From NCBI RefSeq assembly GCF_003334355.1, contig NZ_QOWP01000022.1: DNA of 64,000 bases; one strand, written 5' to 3'. A model generated the notes under the pieces. That model had not been told where the DNA came from. It worked only from the letters and a program-made list of their open reading frames with translations, and did not search any database. The DNA is from Escherichia coli. GTDB taxonomy: Bacteria; Pseudomonadota; Gammaproteobacteria; Enterobacterales; Enterobacteriaceae. Shown in pieces: positions 41,332 through 53,948 of this stretch; position 1 is the stretch's first letter; every line of letters starts with the position of its first letter. A program made the position numbers and the translations under genes.

Positions 41332-41359
41332 AACCCCTTCCCGTTTTCAGGAAGGGGTT
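41332..41359 (-). terminator. Terminator hairpin downstream of degP
   Basis: Seen in sequence: AACCCCTTCC-loop-GGAAGGGGTT stem-loop followed on the minus strand by a modest T-rich tract. Confidence 0.55.
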
Positions 41360-41367
41360 GAGGGAGA

Positions 41368-42792
41368 TTACTGCATTAACAGGTAGATGGTGCTGTCGCC
41401 GCGCTGAATGTTGAGTGCCAGCACAGACGGTTTGCTGTCGAGAACTTTACGCAGTTCAGCGATGTTTTTCACTGCCTGCTGGTTCGCGCCAATAATCACA
41501 TCACCTTTCTTCAGGCCGATCTGCGCAGCCGGAGTGCCCGTTTTCACGTTGTTCACTACCACGCCCTGATCTTTGCCTTTGTTGCTCATCTCAGCGCCTT
41601 CAATGCCGTTGAAGATGGAGCTGGAATCAACCTGATTCTGGCTGCTCTGCTGCAGTTCCAGGTTCACGTTAACCTGCTTACCGTCGCGCAGTAAGCCCAG
41701 GGTCAGTTTGCTGCCTACCGGCATAGTACCCACCTGAGCACGCAGTGCGGCAAAGCTGCTGATCGGCTTACCGTTCAGTGAGGTGATCACATCACCCGCT
41801 TTAATGCCCGCTTTTGCAGCGGAGGAATTAGGCAGAACCTGGCTTACGAAAGCACCGCGCTGGGCGTCAACTTTCATCGCTTTCGCCAGTTCGGAGTTCA
41901 GCTCAGTCCCCATAATACCCAGCTCACCGCGTTTCACCTGGCCGTATTCCACCATCTGCGAGGTCAGGTTTTTCACCATGTTACTCGGGATAGCAAAACC
42001 GATACCGATGTTGCCGCCGTCCGGTGCGAGGATCGCGGTGTTGATACCGATCAGTTCGCCGTTCAGGTTAACCAGCGCACCACCGGAGTTACCACGGTTG
42101 ATCGCTGCATCGGTCTGGATGAAGTTTTCGTAGTTTTCGGCATTCAGGCCGCTACGCCCCAGCGCAGAGACAATCCCGGAAGTTACCGTCTCGCCCAGAC
42201 CAAACGGGTTACCAATCGCTACGGTGTAATCACCCACGCGCAGTGCATCAGAATCCGCCATCTTAATTGCGGTCAGGTTTTTCGGGTTCTGGATTTGGAT
42301 CAGCGCGATATCAGAGCGCGGATCTTTGCCAACCATCTTCGCGTCGAACTTACGGCCATCGCTCAGTTGAACTTTAATGACCGTCGCGTTATCAACAACG
42401 TGGTTGTTGGTGACGACATAGCCTTTATCGGCATCAATGATGACGCCGGAACCCAGCGCCATGAATTTCTGTTGCTGGCCGCCACCATTACCGCCCTGGC
42501 CACCCTGGCAGAACGGAGAGCTCTGGAACGGAGAACCTTCCTGGCAGAACGGAGAATCATCACCGAAGAACTGCTGGAAATTACGCGGCATACGCGGCGT
42601 ATTAACGGTTGTGCTACCTTCTACGTTAATGCTGACCACTGAAGGCATCACCTTTTCGAGCATCGGTGCAAGGCTTGGCATCTGCTGGGCTGTCGTTGCT
42701 GAAGAAGTCTCAGCCGCCGTTGCAGAGAGCGGAGATAACGCCAAACCTAAACTCAGAGCCAGTGCACTCAGTGCTAATGTGGTTTTTTTCAT
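41368..42792 (-). CDS. degP: Periplasmic serine endoprotease/chaperone DegP (HtrA)
   Basis: ORF track, 474 aa; signal peptide; catalytic Ser motif GNSGGAL; two PDZ domains. Confidence 0.97.
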   Translation of the reverse strand: MKKTTLALSALALSLGLALSPLSATAAETSSATTAQQMPSLAPMLEKVMPSVVSINVEGSTTVNTPRMPRNFQQFFGDDSPFCQEGSPFQSSPFCQGGQGGNGGGQQQKFMALGSGVIIDADKGYVVTNNHVVDNATVIKVQLSDGRKFDAKMVGKDPRSDIALIQIQNPKNLTAIKMADSDALRVGDYTVAIGNPFGLGETVTSGIVSALGRSGLNAENYENFIQTDAAINRGNSGGALVNLNGELIGINTAILAPDGGNIGIGFAIPSNMVKNLTSQMVEYGQVKRGELGIMGTELNSELAKAMKVDAQRGAFVSQVLPNSSAAKAGIKAGDVITSLNGKPISSFAALRAQVGTMPVGSKLTLGLLRDGKQVNVNLELQQSSQNQVDSSSIFNGIEGAEMSNKGKDQGVVVNNVKTGTPAAQIGLKKGDVIIGANQQAVKNIAELRKVLDSKPSVLALNIQRGDSTIYLLMQ

Positions 42793-42838
42793 GTATTTCA
42801 GTCTCGATTAACAGATAACGCAAAATTGCTGTGTTCTT

Positions 42839-42865
42839 CAGATTCGTTTTATAGCCTGAAGTTCC
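42839..42865 (-). promoter_or_regulatory. degP: Sigma-E-type promoter for degP
   Basis: Seen in sequence: minus-strand GGAACTT (-35), 16-bp spacer, TCTGA (-10), located 50-75 bp upstream of the degP start. Confidence 0.6.
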
Positions 42866-42921
42866 GAACTAAAGTTTCTGCAAAAGGTAAAAATTTATTG
42901 TTCGTCTTTACAAAAGCCTGG

Positions 42922-44439
42922 TTATTGTTCTACGGCCATCAGACGTCGGTATTCATCCCACGCATAGAGGTCGGTCATACCGCTGATATAATCCTGCAGC
43001 AGGCGGCAACGGTAATAATATTCCCATAGCGGAAACTCAGGAGAATCTGACGGTAATTTACTGACAGCCTCGACATAGGCCAGCCGATGGCGCGTCGAGA
43101 GTTTGTGGAATAAGCGCGATTCAATAGGGAAACGTTTCACCCGTTCTTTTTCTACCAGTTCAGTAAAGTCTGATAACGACAGGCTTAATAAAGGACGATA
43201 AATCTCTAATAATCCGCTAATGACCCGATAGCCCTGCAATTCAAGCTGCTCGACATCTGGATGGCTAAACACATGTTTTACAGCGACATTTTTATATAGC
43301 TTAAGAAGATCGCTGCATTCGCTGGCATCTTCCAATAATGCATGATTAAACGTTCCGGCGAAAATCGCAGGCAGATTATCAATAAATCGTTGTGCCGCGT
43401 AGGGTACCAGTTTATTTAGGGTGTTTACTCGTAAATACATAAAAAACTGATCTTCCGTACTGCGACTTAAACTATTTGAGCGTGATTTTTCCCAGGCATT
43501 TTCAACCACTAGCGAAAAGAGCGAACCTTTCTCATGCTGGCCCCACGCTTCGTGCAAATGATGATAAAGCTGCTCAACGGTAAATATTCTTTTCTCTACC
43601 GCATCTTCAAGGTCTGCCACACAATAGGAGATGTCGTCGGCAGCTTCCATAATCCACGTTAATGGAAAACGACTGTAAAGCGCCAAATTAAGTTCTTTAC
43701 GCAACCGCGCAATATAGGCTTCTTCAGAAAGATAATAACCCGGCTTTTTCATTAAATAGTGATGTGTCTCAGGCGTTTCGCCACGCCACCACGCCGGACG
43801 GGTATATTTTAAAATACCGCCAACCTGTGCCCAGGTGAGATTCATCCGCATCAATGTATGCACCAGACGAATGCCTTGTGCATTCCCCTCAAAATGACAT
43901 AAGTCCTGACGAATCTTGCGCCGCAGCTCGTTAAGCGGTTCTTCCCCGTCCCGTAAACGTAGTGCCGCCACGCTGCAGCGATCGTCAGTCAGAGGCTGGC
44001 TTTCGGCATCTTCCGGGTGCAAACGTTGGCGAAACCAGTCATTTATCGCTGCTTCGCCAAAATGACCAAACGGCGGATTGCCGATATCGTGCATCAGGCA
44101 TGACATCTCAACAATGCTTTCAAAGGGGCCGGTCAGTTCATCCAGGCCGTATGCTTCCAGCAATTTAAGCTCTTTCAGACGGCTTAAAATTTCTTTGGCG
44201 ATGTAGCGTCCCACCTGCTGGACTTCCATCGAGTGGGTAAGACGCGTGCGCACGGCGGCATTGCGCTCCAGTGGAAAAACCTGGGTCTTTTGTTGCAGAC
44301 GACGAATTGCCGGAGAGTTGATGATACGCCCGCGATCGCTCTCGAAGATCCGCAGGATCTCATGTTCGGTTTTAACGCCCTGCGGTGAACGGTAACGACG
44401 ATGCCAGTTTATTTTTTTTCGGAAATCAATCTGTGCCAT
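42922..44439 (-). CDS. dgt: dGTP triphosphohydrolase
   Basis: ORF track, 505 aa; HD-domain motif [10 protein letters not shown]. Confidence 0.96.
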
Positions 44440-44522
44440 GTCCTCTCCCGCGTGAGAAATACGCTTCCCCGTAAGCGCATGGTAAACTATGCCTTCAAAT
44501 CGGGCTTATCGCGAGTAAATCT

Positions 44523-45221
44523 ATGAAAATCGGCATCATTGGTGCAATGGAAGAAGAAGTTACGCTGCTGCGTGACAAAATCGAAAACCGTCAAACTATC
44601 AGTCTCGGCGGTTGCGAAATCTATACCGGCCAACTGAATGGAACCGAGGTTGCGCTTCTGAAATCGGGCATCGGTAAAGTCGCTGCGGCGCTGGGTGCCA
44701 CTCTGCTGTTGGAACACTGCAAGCCAGATGTGATTATTAACACCGGTTCTGCCGGTGGCCTGGCACCAACGTTGAAAGTGGGCGATATCGTTGTCTCGGA
44801 CGAAGCACGTTATCACGACGCGGATGTCACGGCATTTGGTTATGAATACGGTCAGTTACCAGGCTGTCCGGCAGGCTTTAAAGCTGACGATAAACTGATC
44901 GCTGCCGCTGAGGCCTGCATTGCCGAACTGAATCTTAACGCTGTACGTGGCCTGATTGTTAGCGGCGACGCTTTCATCAACGGTTCTGTTGGTCTGGCGA
45001 AAATCCGCCACAACTTCCCACAGGCCATTGCTGTAGAGATGGAAGCGACGGCAATCGCCCATGTCTGCCACAATTTCAACGTCCCGTTTGTCGTAGTACG
45101 CGCCATCTCCGACGTGGCCGATCAACAGTCTCATCTTAGCTTCGATGAGTTCCTGGCTGTTGCCGCTAAACAGTCCAGCCTGATGGTTGAGTCACTGGTG
45201 CAGAAACTGGCACATGGCTAA
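44523..45221 (+). CDS. mtnN: 5'-methylthioadenosine/S-adenosylhomocysteine nucleosidase
   Basis: ORF track, 232 aa. Confidence 0.96.
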   Translation: MKIGIIGAMEEEVTLLRDKIENRQTISLGGCEIYTGQLNGTEVALLKSGIGKVAAALGATLLLEHCKPDVIINTGSAGGLAPTLKVGDIVVSDEARYHDADVTAFGYEYGQLPGCPAGFKADDKLIAAAEACIAELNLNAVRGLIVSGDAFINGSVGLAKIRHNFPQAIAVEMEATAIAHVCHNFNVPFVVVRAISDVADQQSHLSFDEFLAVAAKQSSLMVESLVQKLAHG

Positions 45222-46014
45222 GTCACTGTTCAGGGCGCTGGTCGCCCTGTCTTTTCTCGCGCCACTGTGGCTCAACGCCGCGCCGCGCGTCATCACGCTT
45301 TCTCCCGCCAACACTGAACTTGCCTTTGCCGCCGGGATCACGCCGGTTGGGGTCAGCAGCTATTCCGACTATCCTCCACAAGCGCAAAAGATTGAGCAGG
45401 TTTCCACCTGGCAGGGGATGAATCTGGAACGCATTGTCGCGCTGAAACCCGATCTGGTGATTGCCTGGCGTGGAGGTAATGCCGAGCGGCAGGTTGACCA
45501 GCTGGCTTCGCTGGGAATAAAAGTGATGTGGGTCGATGCGACAAGCATTGAACAAATTGCCAATGCGTTACGTCAACTGGCCCCCTGGAGTCCGCAACCG
45601 GATAAGGCCGAACAAGCCGCGCAATCCCTGCTGGATCAGTACGCGCAATTGAAAGCGCAATATGCTGATAAACCTAAAAAACGTGTTTTTCTGCAATTCG
45701 GCATTAATCCGCCATTTACCAGTGGAAAAGAGTCGATTCAAAACCAGGTACTCGAAGTTTGTGGCGGAGAAAACATCTTTAAAGACAGCCGGGTTCCCTG
45801 GCCGCAAGTTAGCCGCGAACAGGTGTTAGCACGCTCGCCACAGGCGATTGTCATTACAGGCGGACCGGACCAAATTCCTAAAATCAAACAATACTGGGGT
45901 GAACAGCTCAAAATTCCCGTTATTCCTCTCACGAGTGACTGGTTTGAACGTGCAAGCCCACGTATTATCCTCGCTGCACAACAGCTCTGTAATGCGCTTT
46001 CACAGGTAGATTAG
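45214..46014 (+). CDS. btuF: Vitamin B12 periplasmic binding protein BtuF
   Basis: ORF track 45187-46014 trimmed to the ATG at 45214 (MAKSLFRAL..., 266 aa); signal peptide; overlaps the mtnN 3' end. Confidence 0.9.
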   Translation: MAKSLFRALVALSFLAPLWLNAAPRVITLSPANTELAFAAGITPVGVSSYSDYPPQAQKIEQVSTWQGMNLERIVALKPDLVIAWRGGNAERQVDQLASLGIKVMWVDATSIEQIANALRQLAPWSPQPDKAEQAAQSLLDQYAQLKAQYADKPKKRVFLQFGINPPFTSGKESIQNQVLEVCGGENIFKDSRVPWPQVSREQVLARSPQAIVITGGPDQIPKIKQYWGEQLKIPVIPLTSDWFERASPRIILAAQQLCNALSQVD

Positions 46015-46051
46015 CGCCAGACCTTTTCAGGTGCTCAGTGGGGATTGAACA

Positions 46052-46675
46052 ATGCTCGTCTATTGGCTGGATATAGTCGGCACAGCGGTATTTGCCATCT
46101 CCGGCGTTTTGTTAGCCGGAAAATTGCGTATGGACCCTTTTGGTGTTCTGGTACTGGGCGTGGTTACCGCTGTAGGCGGCGGGACAATTCGCGACATGGC
46201 GCTGGATCACGGCCCGGTATTTTGGGTGAAAGATCCCACCGATCTGGTCGTTGCAATGGTCACCAGCATGCTGACCATCGTGCTGGTGCGCCAGCCAAGA
46301 CGCTTACCAAAATGGATGTTGCCGGTGCTGGACGCCGTTGGTCTGGCGGTGTTTGTCGGCATTGGCGTGAATAAAGCCTTTAATGCGGAAGCCGGTCCGT
46401 TAATCGCGGTTTGTATGGGCGTCATTACTGGCGTTGGCGGCGGGATCATTCGTGATGTTCTGGCCCGCGAAATCCCCATGATTTTACGTACAGAAATCTA
46501 CGCAACTGCCTGTATTATCGGCGGTATTGTCCACGCTACGGCTTATTACACATTTTCCGTACCACTGGAAACAGCCAGTATGATGGGCATGGTCGTGACG
46601 CTATTGATTCGGCTGGCGGCTATTCGTTGGCATCTTAAGCTACCGACGTTTGCGCTGGATGAGAATGGGCGTTGA
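46052..46675 (+). CDS. yadS: UPF0126 inner-membrane protein YadS
   Basis: ORF track, 207 aa; glycine-rich multi-TM protein with an internal duplication. Confidence 0.88.
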   Translation: MLVYWLDIVGTAVFAISGVLLAGKLRMDPFGVLVLGVVTAVGGGTIRDMALDHGPVFWVKDPTDLVVAMVTSMLTIVLVRQPRRLPKWMLPVLDAVGLAVFVGIGVNKAFNAEAGPLIAVCMGVITGVGGGIIRDVLAREIPMILRTEIYATACIIGGIVHATAYYTFSVPLETASMMGMVVTLLIRLAAIRWHLKLPTFALDENGR

Positions 46676-46721
46676 AGAGAGAAGATGTGCCGGATAGTTT
46701 ATCCGGCACATGAACAACAGA

Positions 46722-47066
46722 TTAGATACTAAAGGAAGAACCGCAACCGCAGGTGCTTTTCGCGTTCGGGTTGGTCACGATGAAACGAGAACCTTCCAGA
46801 CCTTCGGTATAATCAACGGAACCGCCGACCAGATATTGCAGGCTCATCGGATCAACCACCAGGCCAACGCCCTGTTTTTCGATGGTCATATCGCCTTCGT
46901 TCACCTGATCATCAAAGGTGAAACCATACTGGAAGCCGCTGCAACCGCCACCGGTGATATACACGCGTAATTTCAGATTCGGGTTATCTTCGTCAGCGAT
47001 CAGGCTTTTAACTTTGTTGGCTGCTGCGTCGGTAAACTCCAGCGGCAGTGCTACGTCATCACTCAT
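46722..47066 (-). CDS. erpA: Iron-sulfur cluster insertion protein ErpA (A-type carrier)
   Basis: ORF track 46722-47099 trimmed to the ATG at 47066 ([11 protein letters not shown]..., 114 aa); C-terminal CGCGSSF motif. Confidence 0.92.
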
Positions 47067-47147
47067 ATTTTGCTCCAAACGACATCGGCAATTGGGCAAA
47101 TTCTAACCCAATAATAATCGCCATTATCTAATACCCTGGTATTTCGT

Positions 47148-48587
<1,440 letters not shown>

Positions 48588-48793
48588 TCATACAAATAAG
48601 ATGACGGCATTTTACTCGCACGTTCCATGAAAATCCTTTGCAAAGCGTAATGTTTCAAATGCACAAAACTTTTATACTCTAAGAAATCAGGATTGCACCA
48701 GTACAAGCAGCCTGATGTTTGACGAGTATTTAACTTGTTATGAATAACATAGAATAGCAGCCATTCACTTTTTCTACGAATCAGGAACCCTCC

Positions 48794-50074
48794 ATGAGTA
48801 AGTCTGAAAATCTTTACAGCGCAGCGCGCGAGCTGATCCCTGGCGGTGTGAACTCCCCTGTTCGCGCCTTTACTGGCGTGGGCGGCACTCCACTGTTTAT
48901 CGAAAAAGCGGACGGCGCTTATCTGTACGATGTTGATGGCAAAGCCTATATCGATTATGTCGGTTCCTGGGGGCCGATGGTGCTGGGCCATAACCATCCG
49001 GCAATCCGCAATGCCGTGATTGAAGCCGCCGAGCGTGGTTTAAGCTTTGGTGCACCAACCGAAATGGAAGTGAAAATGGCGCAACTGGTGACCGAACTGG
49101 TCCCGACCATGGATATGGTGCGCATGGTGAACTCCGGCACTGAAGCGACCATGAGCGCCATCCGCCTGGCCCGTGGTTTTACCGGTCGCGACAAAATTAT
49201 TAAATTTGAAGGGTGTTACCATGGTCACGCTGACTGCCTGCTGGTGAAAGCCGGTTCTGGCGCACTCACGTTAGGCCAGCCAAACTCGCCGGGCGTTCCG
49301 GCAGATTTCGCCAAACATACCTTAACCTGTACTTATAATGATCTGGCTTCTGTACGCGCCGCATTTGAGCAATACCCGCAAGAGATTGCCTGTATTATCG
49401 TCGAGCCGGTGGCAGGCAATATGAACTGTGTTCCGCCGCTGCCAGAGTTCCTGCCAGGTCTGCGCGCGCTGTGCGACGAATTTGGCGCGTTGCTGATCAT
49501 CGATGAAGTGATGACCGGTTTCCGCGTAGCGCTAGCTGGCGCACAGGATTATTACGGCGTAGTGCCAGATTTAACCTGCCTCGGCAAAATCATCGGCGGT
49601 GGAATGCCGGTAGGCGCATTCGGTGGTCGTCGTGATGTAATGGATGCGCTGGCCCCGACGGGTCCGGTCTATCAGGCGGGTACGCTTTCCGGTAACCCGA
49701 TTGCGATGGCAGCGGGTTTCGCCTGTCTGAATGAAGTCGCGCAGCCGGGCGTTCACGAAACGCTGGATGAGCTGACAACACGTCTGGCAGAAGGTCTGCT
49801 GGAAGCGGCAGAAGAAGCCGGAATTCCGCTGGTCGTTAACCACGTTGGCGGCATGTTCGGTATTTTCTTTACCGACGCCGAGTCCGTGACGTGCTATCAG
49901 GATGTGATGGCCTGTGACGTGGAACGCTTTAAGCGTTTCTTCCATATGATGCTGGACGAAGGTGTTTACCTGGCACCGTCAGCGTTTGAAGCGGGCTTTA
50001 TGTCCGTGGCGCACAGCATGGAAGATATCAATAACACCATCGATGCTGCACGTCGGGTGTTTGCGAAGTTGTGA
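48794..50074 (+). CDS. hemL: Glutamate-1-semialdehyde 2,1-aminomutase
   Basis: ORF track, 426 aa; class III aminotransferase fold. Confidence 0.96.
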   Translation: MSKSENLYSAARELIPGGVNSPVRAFTGVGGTPLFIEKADGAYLYDVDGKAYIDYVGSWGPMVLGHNHPAIRNAVIEAAERGLSFGAPTEMEVKMAQLVTELVPTMDMVRMVNSGTEATMSAIRLARGFTGRDKIIKFEGCYHGHADCLLVKAGSGALTLGQPNSPGVPADFAKHTLTCTYNDLASVRAAFEQYPQEIACIIVEPVAGNMNCVPPLPEFLPGLRALCDEFGALLIIDEVMTGFRVALAGAQDYYGVVPDLTCLGKIIGGGMPVGAFGGRRDVMDALAPTGPVYQAGTLSGNPIAMAAGFACLNEVAQPGVHETLDELTTRLAEGLLEAAEEAGIPLVVNHVGGMFGIFFTDAESVTCYQDVMACDVERFKRFFHMMLDEGVYLAPSAFEAGFMSVAHSMEDINNTIDAARRVFAKL

Positions 50075-50083
50075 TCCAGCATG

Positions 50084-50212
<129 letters not shown>

Positions 50213-50231
50213 GGGCCGTTATATGGAAAAA

Positions 50232-52214
50232 TTAACGGCTCTGCTTTCTCAGCAAATAGATAAAATATGGCGCGCCGATAAAGGTCGACAGCAGCCCCGC
50301 CGGGATCTGGAACGGAAACAGCACCATCCGCCCACACCAGTCAGCGAACACCAGCAGTAAACCACCCACCAGCGCCGAAATTACGATGTGTGGCATCGTC
50401 CGTCGAAAACCCATCATCCGCGCAATATGCGGTGCCATTAAACCAACAAAACTCAACGGTCCAATAGTCATCGTCGCGGTCGCCGTCAGGCAAGCCGCTA
50501 ACAGCAGCAGCGCAATTCGCGTCGGCGTCAGCGCCATTCCTACGGCTCGGGCGGTATCACCACCCAGCGGTAAAATGGTCAGCCAGCGGCGGCACAGCGG
50601 GGTAATCGCCAGCAAAATCACCATCACAATTCCGGTGCGCCAGACCTGCGCATCGGTCGCGTTGTAGGTCGAACCGGAAATCCAGGTCAGCACTTGCGCC
50701 ATTCGCGGGTCACCACTTGCCTGCAACATCATCAAAAGCATGGTGAACGCGGTGCTTAACGCCATCCCCGCCAGTAACATACGGTGTGGGGAAAATCCAC
50801 CGCGGCCGGCGGCGATCATAATGATCAACAGCGTCACCGCCGCGCCGAGACTGCCTGCAGGTAACAGCCAGCCAAAGGCATTACCCGGCACCAGAAACAG
50901 CATCAACACCACGCCAAACGCCGCGCCGGAGCTAATCCCCAGCACTTCCGGGCTTGCCATCGGGTTTCCGGTCAGTCGCTGAATAATACAGCCCGCCACC
51001 GCCAGCATGACGCCCGCAAACAGCGCCGCCATAATTCGCGGCCAGCGCCAGGGCATTAAATCCTCGAGCAACGCCCCGCTCGCCCACGTCCAGCCGTGCG
51101 CATCACGACCAAACGACAGCGCCACCACCACAACCATCAACAGCAGCACGCCGCCCGCGAGGGCAAACGCCAGCACATGTTGGCGTTCAGCCGCGACACG
51201 ATCGTTGACCTTCATATCCGGCGCGCTAATGCTGCGTAAACGCGGCAACAGCCACAGTAGCAGCGGCGCACCGATCAACGCAGTGACCGAACCGGTGGAA
51301 ACTTCCATCCACACGCGAGTCAGCCAGAGGATGATTTGATCAGAAAGCCACAGAATTAACGCACCAATCAGCGACGCCAGCATCAACCGTGGCAACAAAC
51401 GCCGCGCCCCCAGCATTTTTGCCAGCAGTGGCGCGAACAACCCGATAAAGCCGATAATCCCCACTGCGTTCACCAGCAGCGCACTGATGACTATCGCCAG
51501 CGACAGCGCCGCCAGACGCGCGAGCGACAAGGCCAGCCCGAGATTGCGCGCCACGCCATCATCAAGCCCCATCAGGGTTAACGGACGAAGTAGCAGTAAC
51601 GTCAGCATCACGCCGCCCAGCAACTGCGGCCATAAACGCTCAACGCCGCCCCAGTCGGTTTGCGTCAGCGTTCCGGTGCTCCACAGGAACATGCTTTGCA
51701 ACTGGTCATGATGGAAGATAACCAGTAACTGATTGATTGCCCCACAATAAAGGCTCACTACCAGCCCCGCGAGAATCAGCGTTACCGGCGACAGCCGTTT
51801 CCCCCACGCGACGCCAAAGACAATTAAGCCAACAACGCAAGCCCCTGCCAGCGCAGCAAACTGGCTCGCCATAGCACCTGGGATCGCCCAGAGCGTAGTG
51901 ACGGTAATCCCCAGTTGCGCGCCTGTTGCAACGCCCAACGTCGTCGGTTCCGCCAGAGGATTACGCAGCACTTGCTGAAACAGCACGCCCACCAGCCCCA
52001 GGCCCGCGCCCACCAGCAGCGAAATCGCCAGACGCGGCAACAAGCTGTAGTGAAAAATCATCTGCTCGATGACGTCAATATCCGGCGACCAGGCAGCCTG
52101 CGCCCACTGGCTACGCGGCAGCGCCTGCGAGAAGTTCATCCAGGTCAGCGCCGTAGCGGCAATCACCAGCAACGCCAGCAATAACGCCGGAAAAAGCGCA
52201 ATTCGTTTACTCAC
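50232..52214 (-). CDS. fhuB: Ferric hydroxamate ABC transporter permease (duplicated permease domains)
   Basis: ORF track, 660 aa; two homologous polytopic halves. Confidence 0.96.
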   Translation of the reverse strand: MSKRIALFPALLLALLVIAATALTWMNFSQALPRSQWAQAAWSPDIDVIEQMIFHYSLLPRLAISLLVGAGLGLVGVLFQQVLRNPLAEPTTLGVATGAQLGITVTTLWAIPGAMASQFAALAGACVVGLIVFGVAWGKRLSPVTLILAGLVVSLYCGAINQLLVIFHHDQLQSMFLWSTGTLTQTDWGGVERLWPQLLGGVMLTLLLLRPLTLMGLDDGVARNLGLALSLARLAALSLAIVISALLVNAVGIIGFIGLFAPLLAKMLGARRLLPRLMLASLIGALILWLSDQIILWLTRVWMEVSTGSVTALIGAPLLLWLLPRLRSISAPDMKVNDRVAAERQHVLAFALAGGVLLLMVVVVALSFGRDAHGWTWASGALLEDLMPWRWPRIMAALFAGVMLAVAGCIIQRLTGNPMASPEVLGISSGAAFGVVLMLFLVPGNAFGWLLPAGSLGAAVTLLIIMIAAGRGGFSPHRMLLAGMALSTAFTMLLMMLQASGDPRMAQVLTWISGSTYNATDAQVWRTGIVMVILLAITPLCRRWLTILPLGGDTARAVGMALTPTRIALLLLAACLTATATMTIGPLSFVGLMAPHIARMMGFRRTMPHIVISALVGGLLLVFADWCGRMVLFPFQIPAGLLSTFIGAPYFIYLLRKQSR

Positions 52215-53101
52215 GCTTTACCTCCGATGGCGTTATCCAGAACGCGCACAAAGTGCATTGCCGAGAGCGTCGCACCATAAAACCAGACTGCGGGTACGCG
52301 CTGAAAGCGTCCGGCGCGGACAAACGGCATGGCCTGCCACAGCGGGGTTGCCATTAGCGCGTCCATGTCTTTGCTGTTGTCGTGATCAAAACAGAGCACA
52401 TCAACATCTTTATACGCCGCCAGACGATCGATGCTGACGGCGGTACTGCCCCAGAAGTTGGTTTCCCCTTGCCAGGCATTTGGGATGCCGTACTCATCAA
52501 GAATTTCCTGAAACAAGCTGTTTGGACCGAAAACCAGCATATGGCGCGGATCGATAAGCGTCGTCAGCAATAACGGGCGTTCACCACGCTTCACAAAGCG
52601 GGGTTTCATGCTGCGGATAAAGTCTTCATAGTGCGCTAAATGCGTTTCTGCTGCGCTTTGCAGGTTAAGTAAATCTGCCATTTCCGTCAGTGACTTACGC
52701 GCCATCGCCAGCGGCTGTTTGCCATCGCTGAAGTTAAATCCACGCCCCGGCGCAATACGAACCAGCATTTCTGGTGAAGGGCCATATCCTGCCGACCAGA
52801 CCATAAACGATGGTTTCATTTCGGTCAGCAGTTCAAGGTTAGGTTCTGTGCGCAAACCGACGTCGATCACTGAGTCCGGCAATGGTGGTTCGCTGACCCA
52901 CAGGCGATAGTTGATGGTATCCGCCACGCCGTAAGGCACGATGCCGAGCGCCAGCAGTAATTCCACCGGCAACCACTCCAGCGCCACAATACGATTGGGA
53001 TCAATAGCCGCCGCGTGGGCGGTATTCATCTGCCATAACAACGGGGAAAGCGCCATCGCCGTTAACAGTCGACGGCGCGAAATAAGAGGTAAGCCGCTCA
53101 T
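52211..53101 (-). CDS. fhuD: Ferric hydroxamate periplasmic binding protein
   Basis: ORF track 52211-53104 (297 aa); K-12 product is 296 aa starting one codon downstream; overlaps fhuB and fhuC by 4 nt each. Confidence 0.93.
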   Translation of the reverse strand: MSGLPLISRRRLLTAMALSPLLWQMNTAHAAAIDPNRIVALEWLPVELLLALGIVPYGVADTINYRLWVSEPPLPDSVIDVGLRTEPNLELLTEMKPSFMVWSAGYGPSPEMLVRIAPGRGFNFSDGKQPLAMARKSLTEMADLLNLQSAAETHLAHYEDFIRSMKPRFVKRGERPLLLTTLIDPRHMLVFGPNSLFQEILDEYGIPNAWQGETNFWGSTAVSIDRLAAYKDVDVLCFDHDNSKDMDALMATPLWQAMPFVRAGRFQRVPAVWFYGATLSAMHFVRVLDNAIGGKA

Positions 53102-53898
53102 CAATAAACAAAACTCACAGGTGCAGCACCCGCCGGATGCGGCAAAATACCCATCGGGATGCCATAAATCATTTCGAGGGTTTCGCCGCGCATAATTTCC
53201 GCAGGCGTTCCCTGAGCAATCATTTCACCGCCGCGCAGGGCGACCAGATAATCACAGTAGCGTGCCGCCATATTGATATCGTGCAACACGGCAATGACCG
53301 TCAGGCCACGCTCCTGACTTAAACGGTGCACCAGCGACAGCACATCAACCTGGTGGGCGATATCCAGCGCCGAGGTCGGTTCGTCGAGCAACAGACAACG
53401 GCTATCCTGCGCCACCAGCATGGCGATCCACGCCCGCTGACGTTCGCCGCCAGAGAGACTATCGACCAGCCGATGCGCCAGCGGTTTTAAGCCAACCAGC
53501 GAGATAGCTTCCTCGACTTTTTCGCGATCTGCCGCCCCAAAGCGCCCCAGCGCGCCATGCCACGGGTAACGACCAATCGCCACCAGTTCACGCACGGTCA
53601 TCCCTTCTGCCGGAGGAAGCTGCTGCGGCAAATAAGCCACTTTGCGGGCAAACGCTTTGCTGCTCCAGCTTTCCAGCGGTTGGGCATCAAGAAGAATCTC
53701 CCCTTCCGACGGCGGCTGATGACGGCCAAGCATTTTGAGCAGAGTGGATTTACCAGAACCGTTGTGACCAATCAGACCGGTCACTTTCCCGGCAGGAAAG
53801 GTTAACGACAGCGGATGCAAAAGCGTGCGCCCGGGCACACGAAAGGAGATATTACGCAGTGCAAAAGTGGTATCGGAATGATTCGTGTATTCCTGCAT
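53101..53898 (-). CDS. fhuC: Ferric hydroxamate ABC transporter ATPase
   Basis: ORF track 53101-53940 trimmed to the ATG at 53898 (MQEYTNHSD..., 265 aa); Walker A GHNGSGKST; signature LSGGERQR. Confidence 0.93.
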   Translation of the reverse strand: MQEYTNHSDTTFALRNISFRVPGRTLLHPLSLTFPAGKVTGLIGHNGSGKSTLLKMLGRHQPPSEGEILLDAQPLESWSSKAFARKVAYLPQQLPPAEGMTVRELVAIGRYPWHGALGRFGAADREKVEEAISLVGLKPLAHRLVDSLSGGERQRAWIAMLVAQDSRCLLLDEPTSALDIAHQVDVLSLVHRLSQERGLTVIAVLHDINMAARYCDYLVALRGGEMIAQGTPAEIMRGETLEMIYGIPMGILPHPAGAAPVSFVY

Positions 53899-53948
53899 AA
53901 CAGCCAACTTGTGAAATGGGCACGGAAATCCGTGCCCCAAAAGAGAAA

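Noticed and set aside
46687-46709. Hairpin GTGCCGGATAGTTTATCCGGCAC between convergent yadS and erpA as a bidirectional terminator
   Set aside because: The stem is good but there is no U-tract on either strand; it could be a REP-like fragment or an RNA stability element, so it is not called as a terminator.
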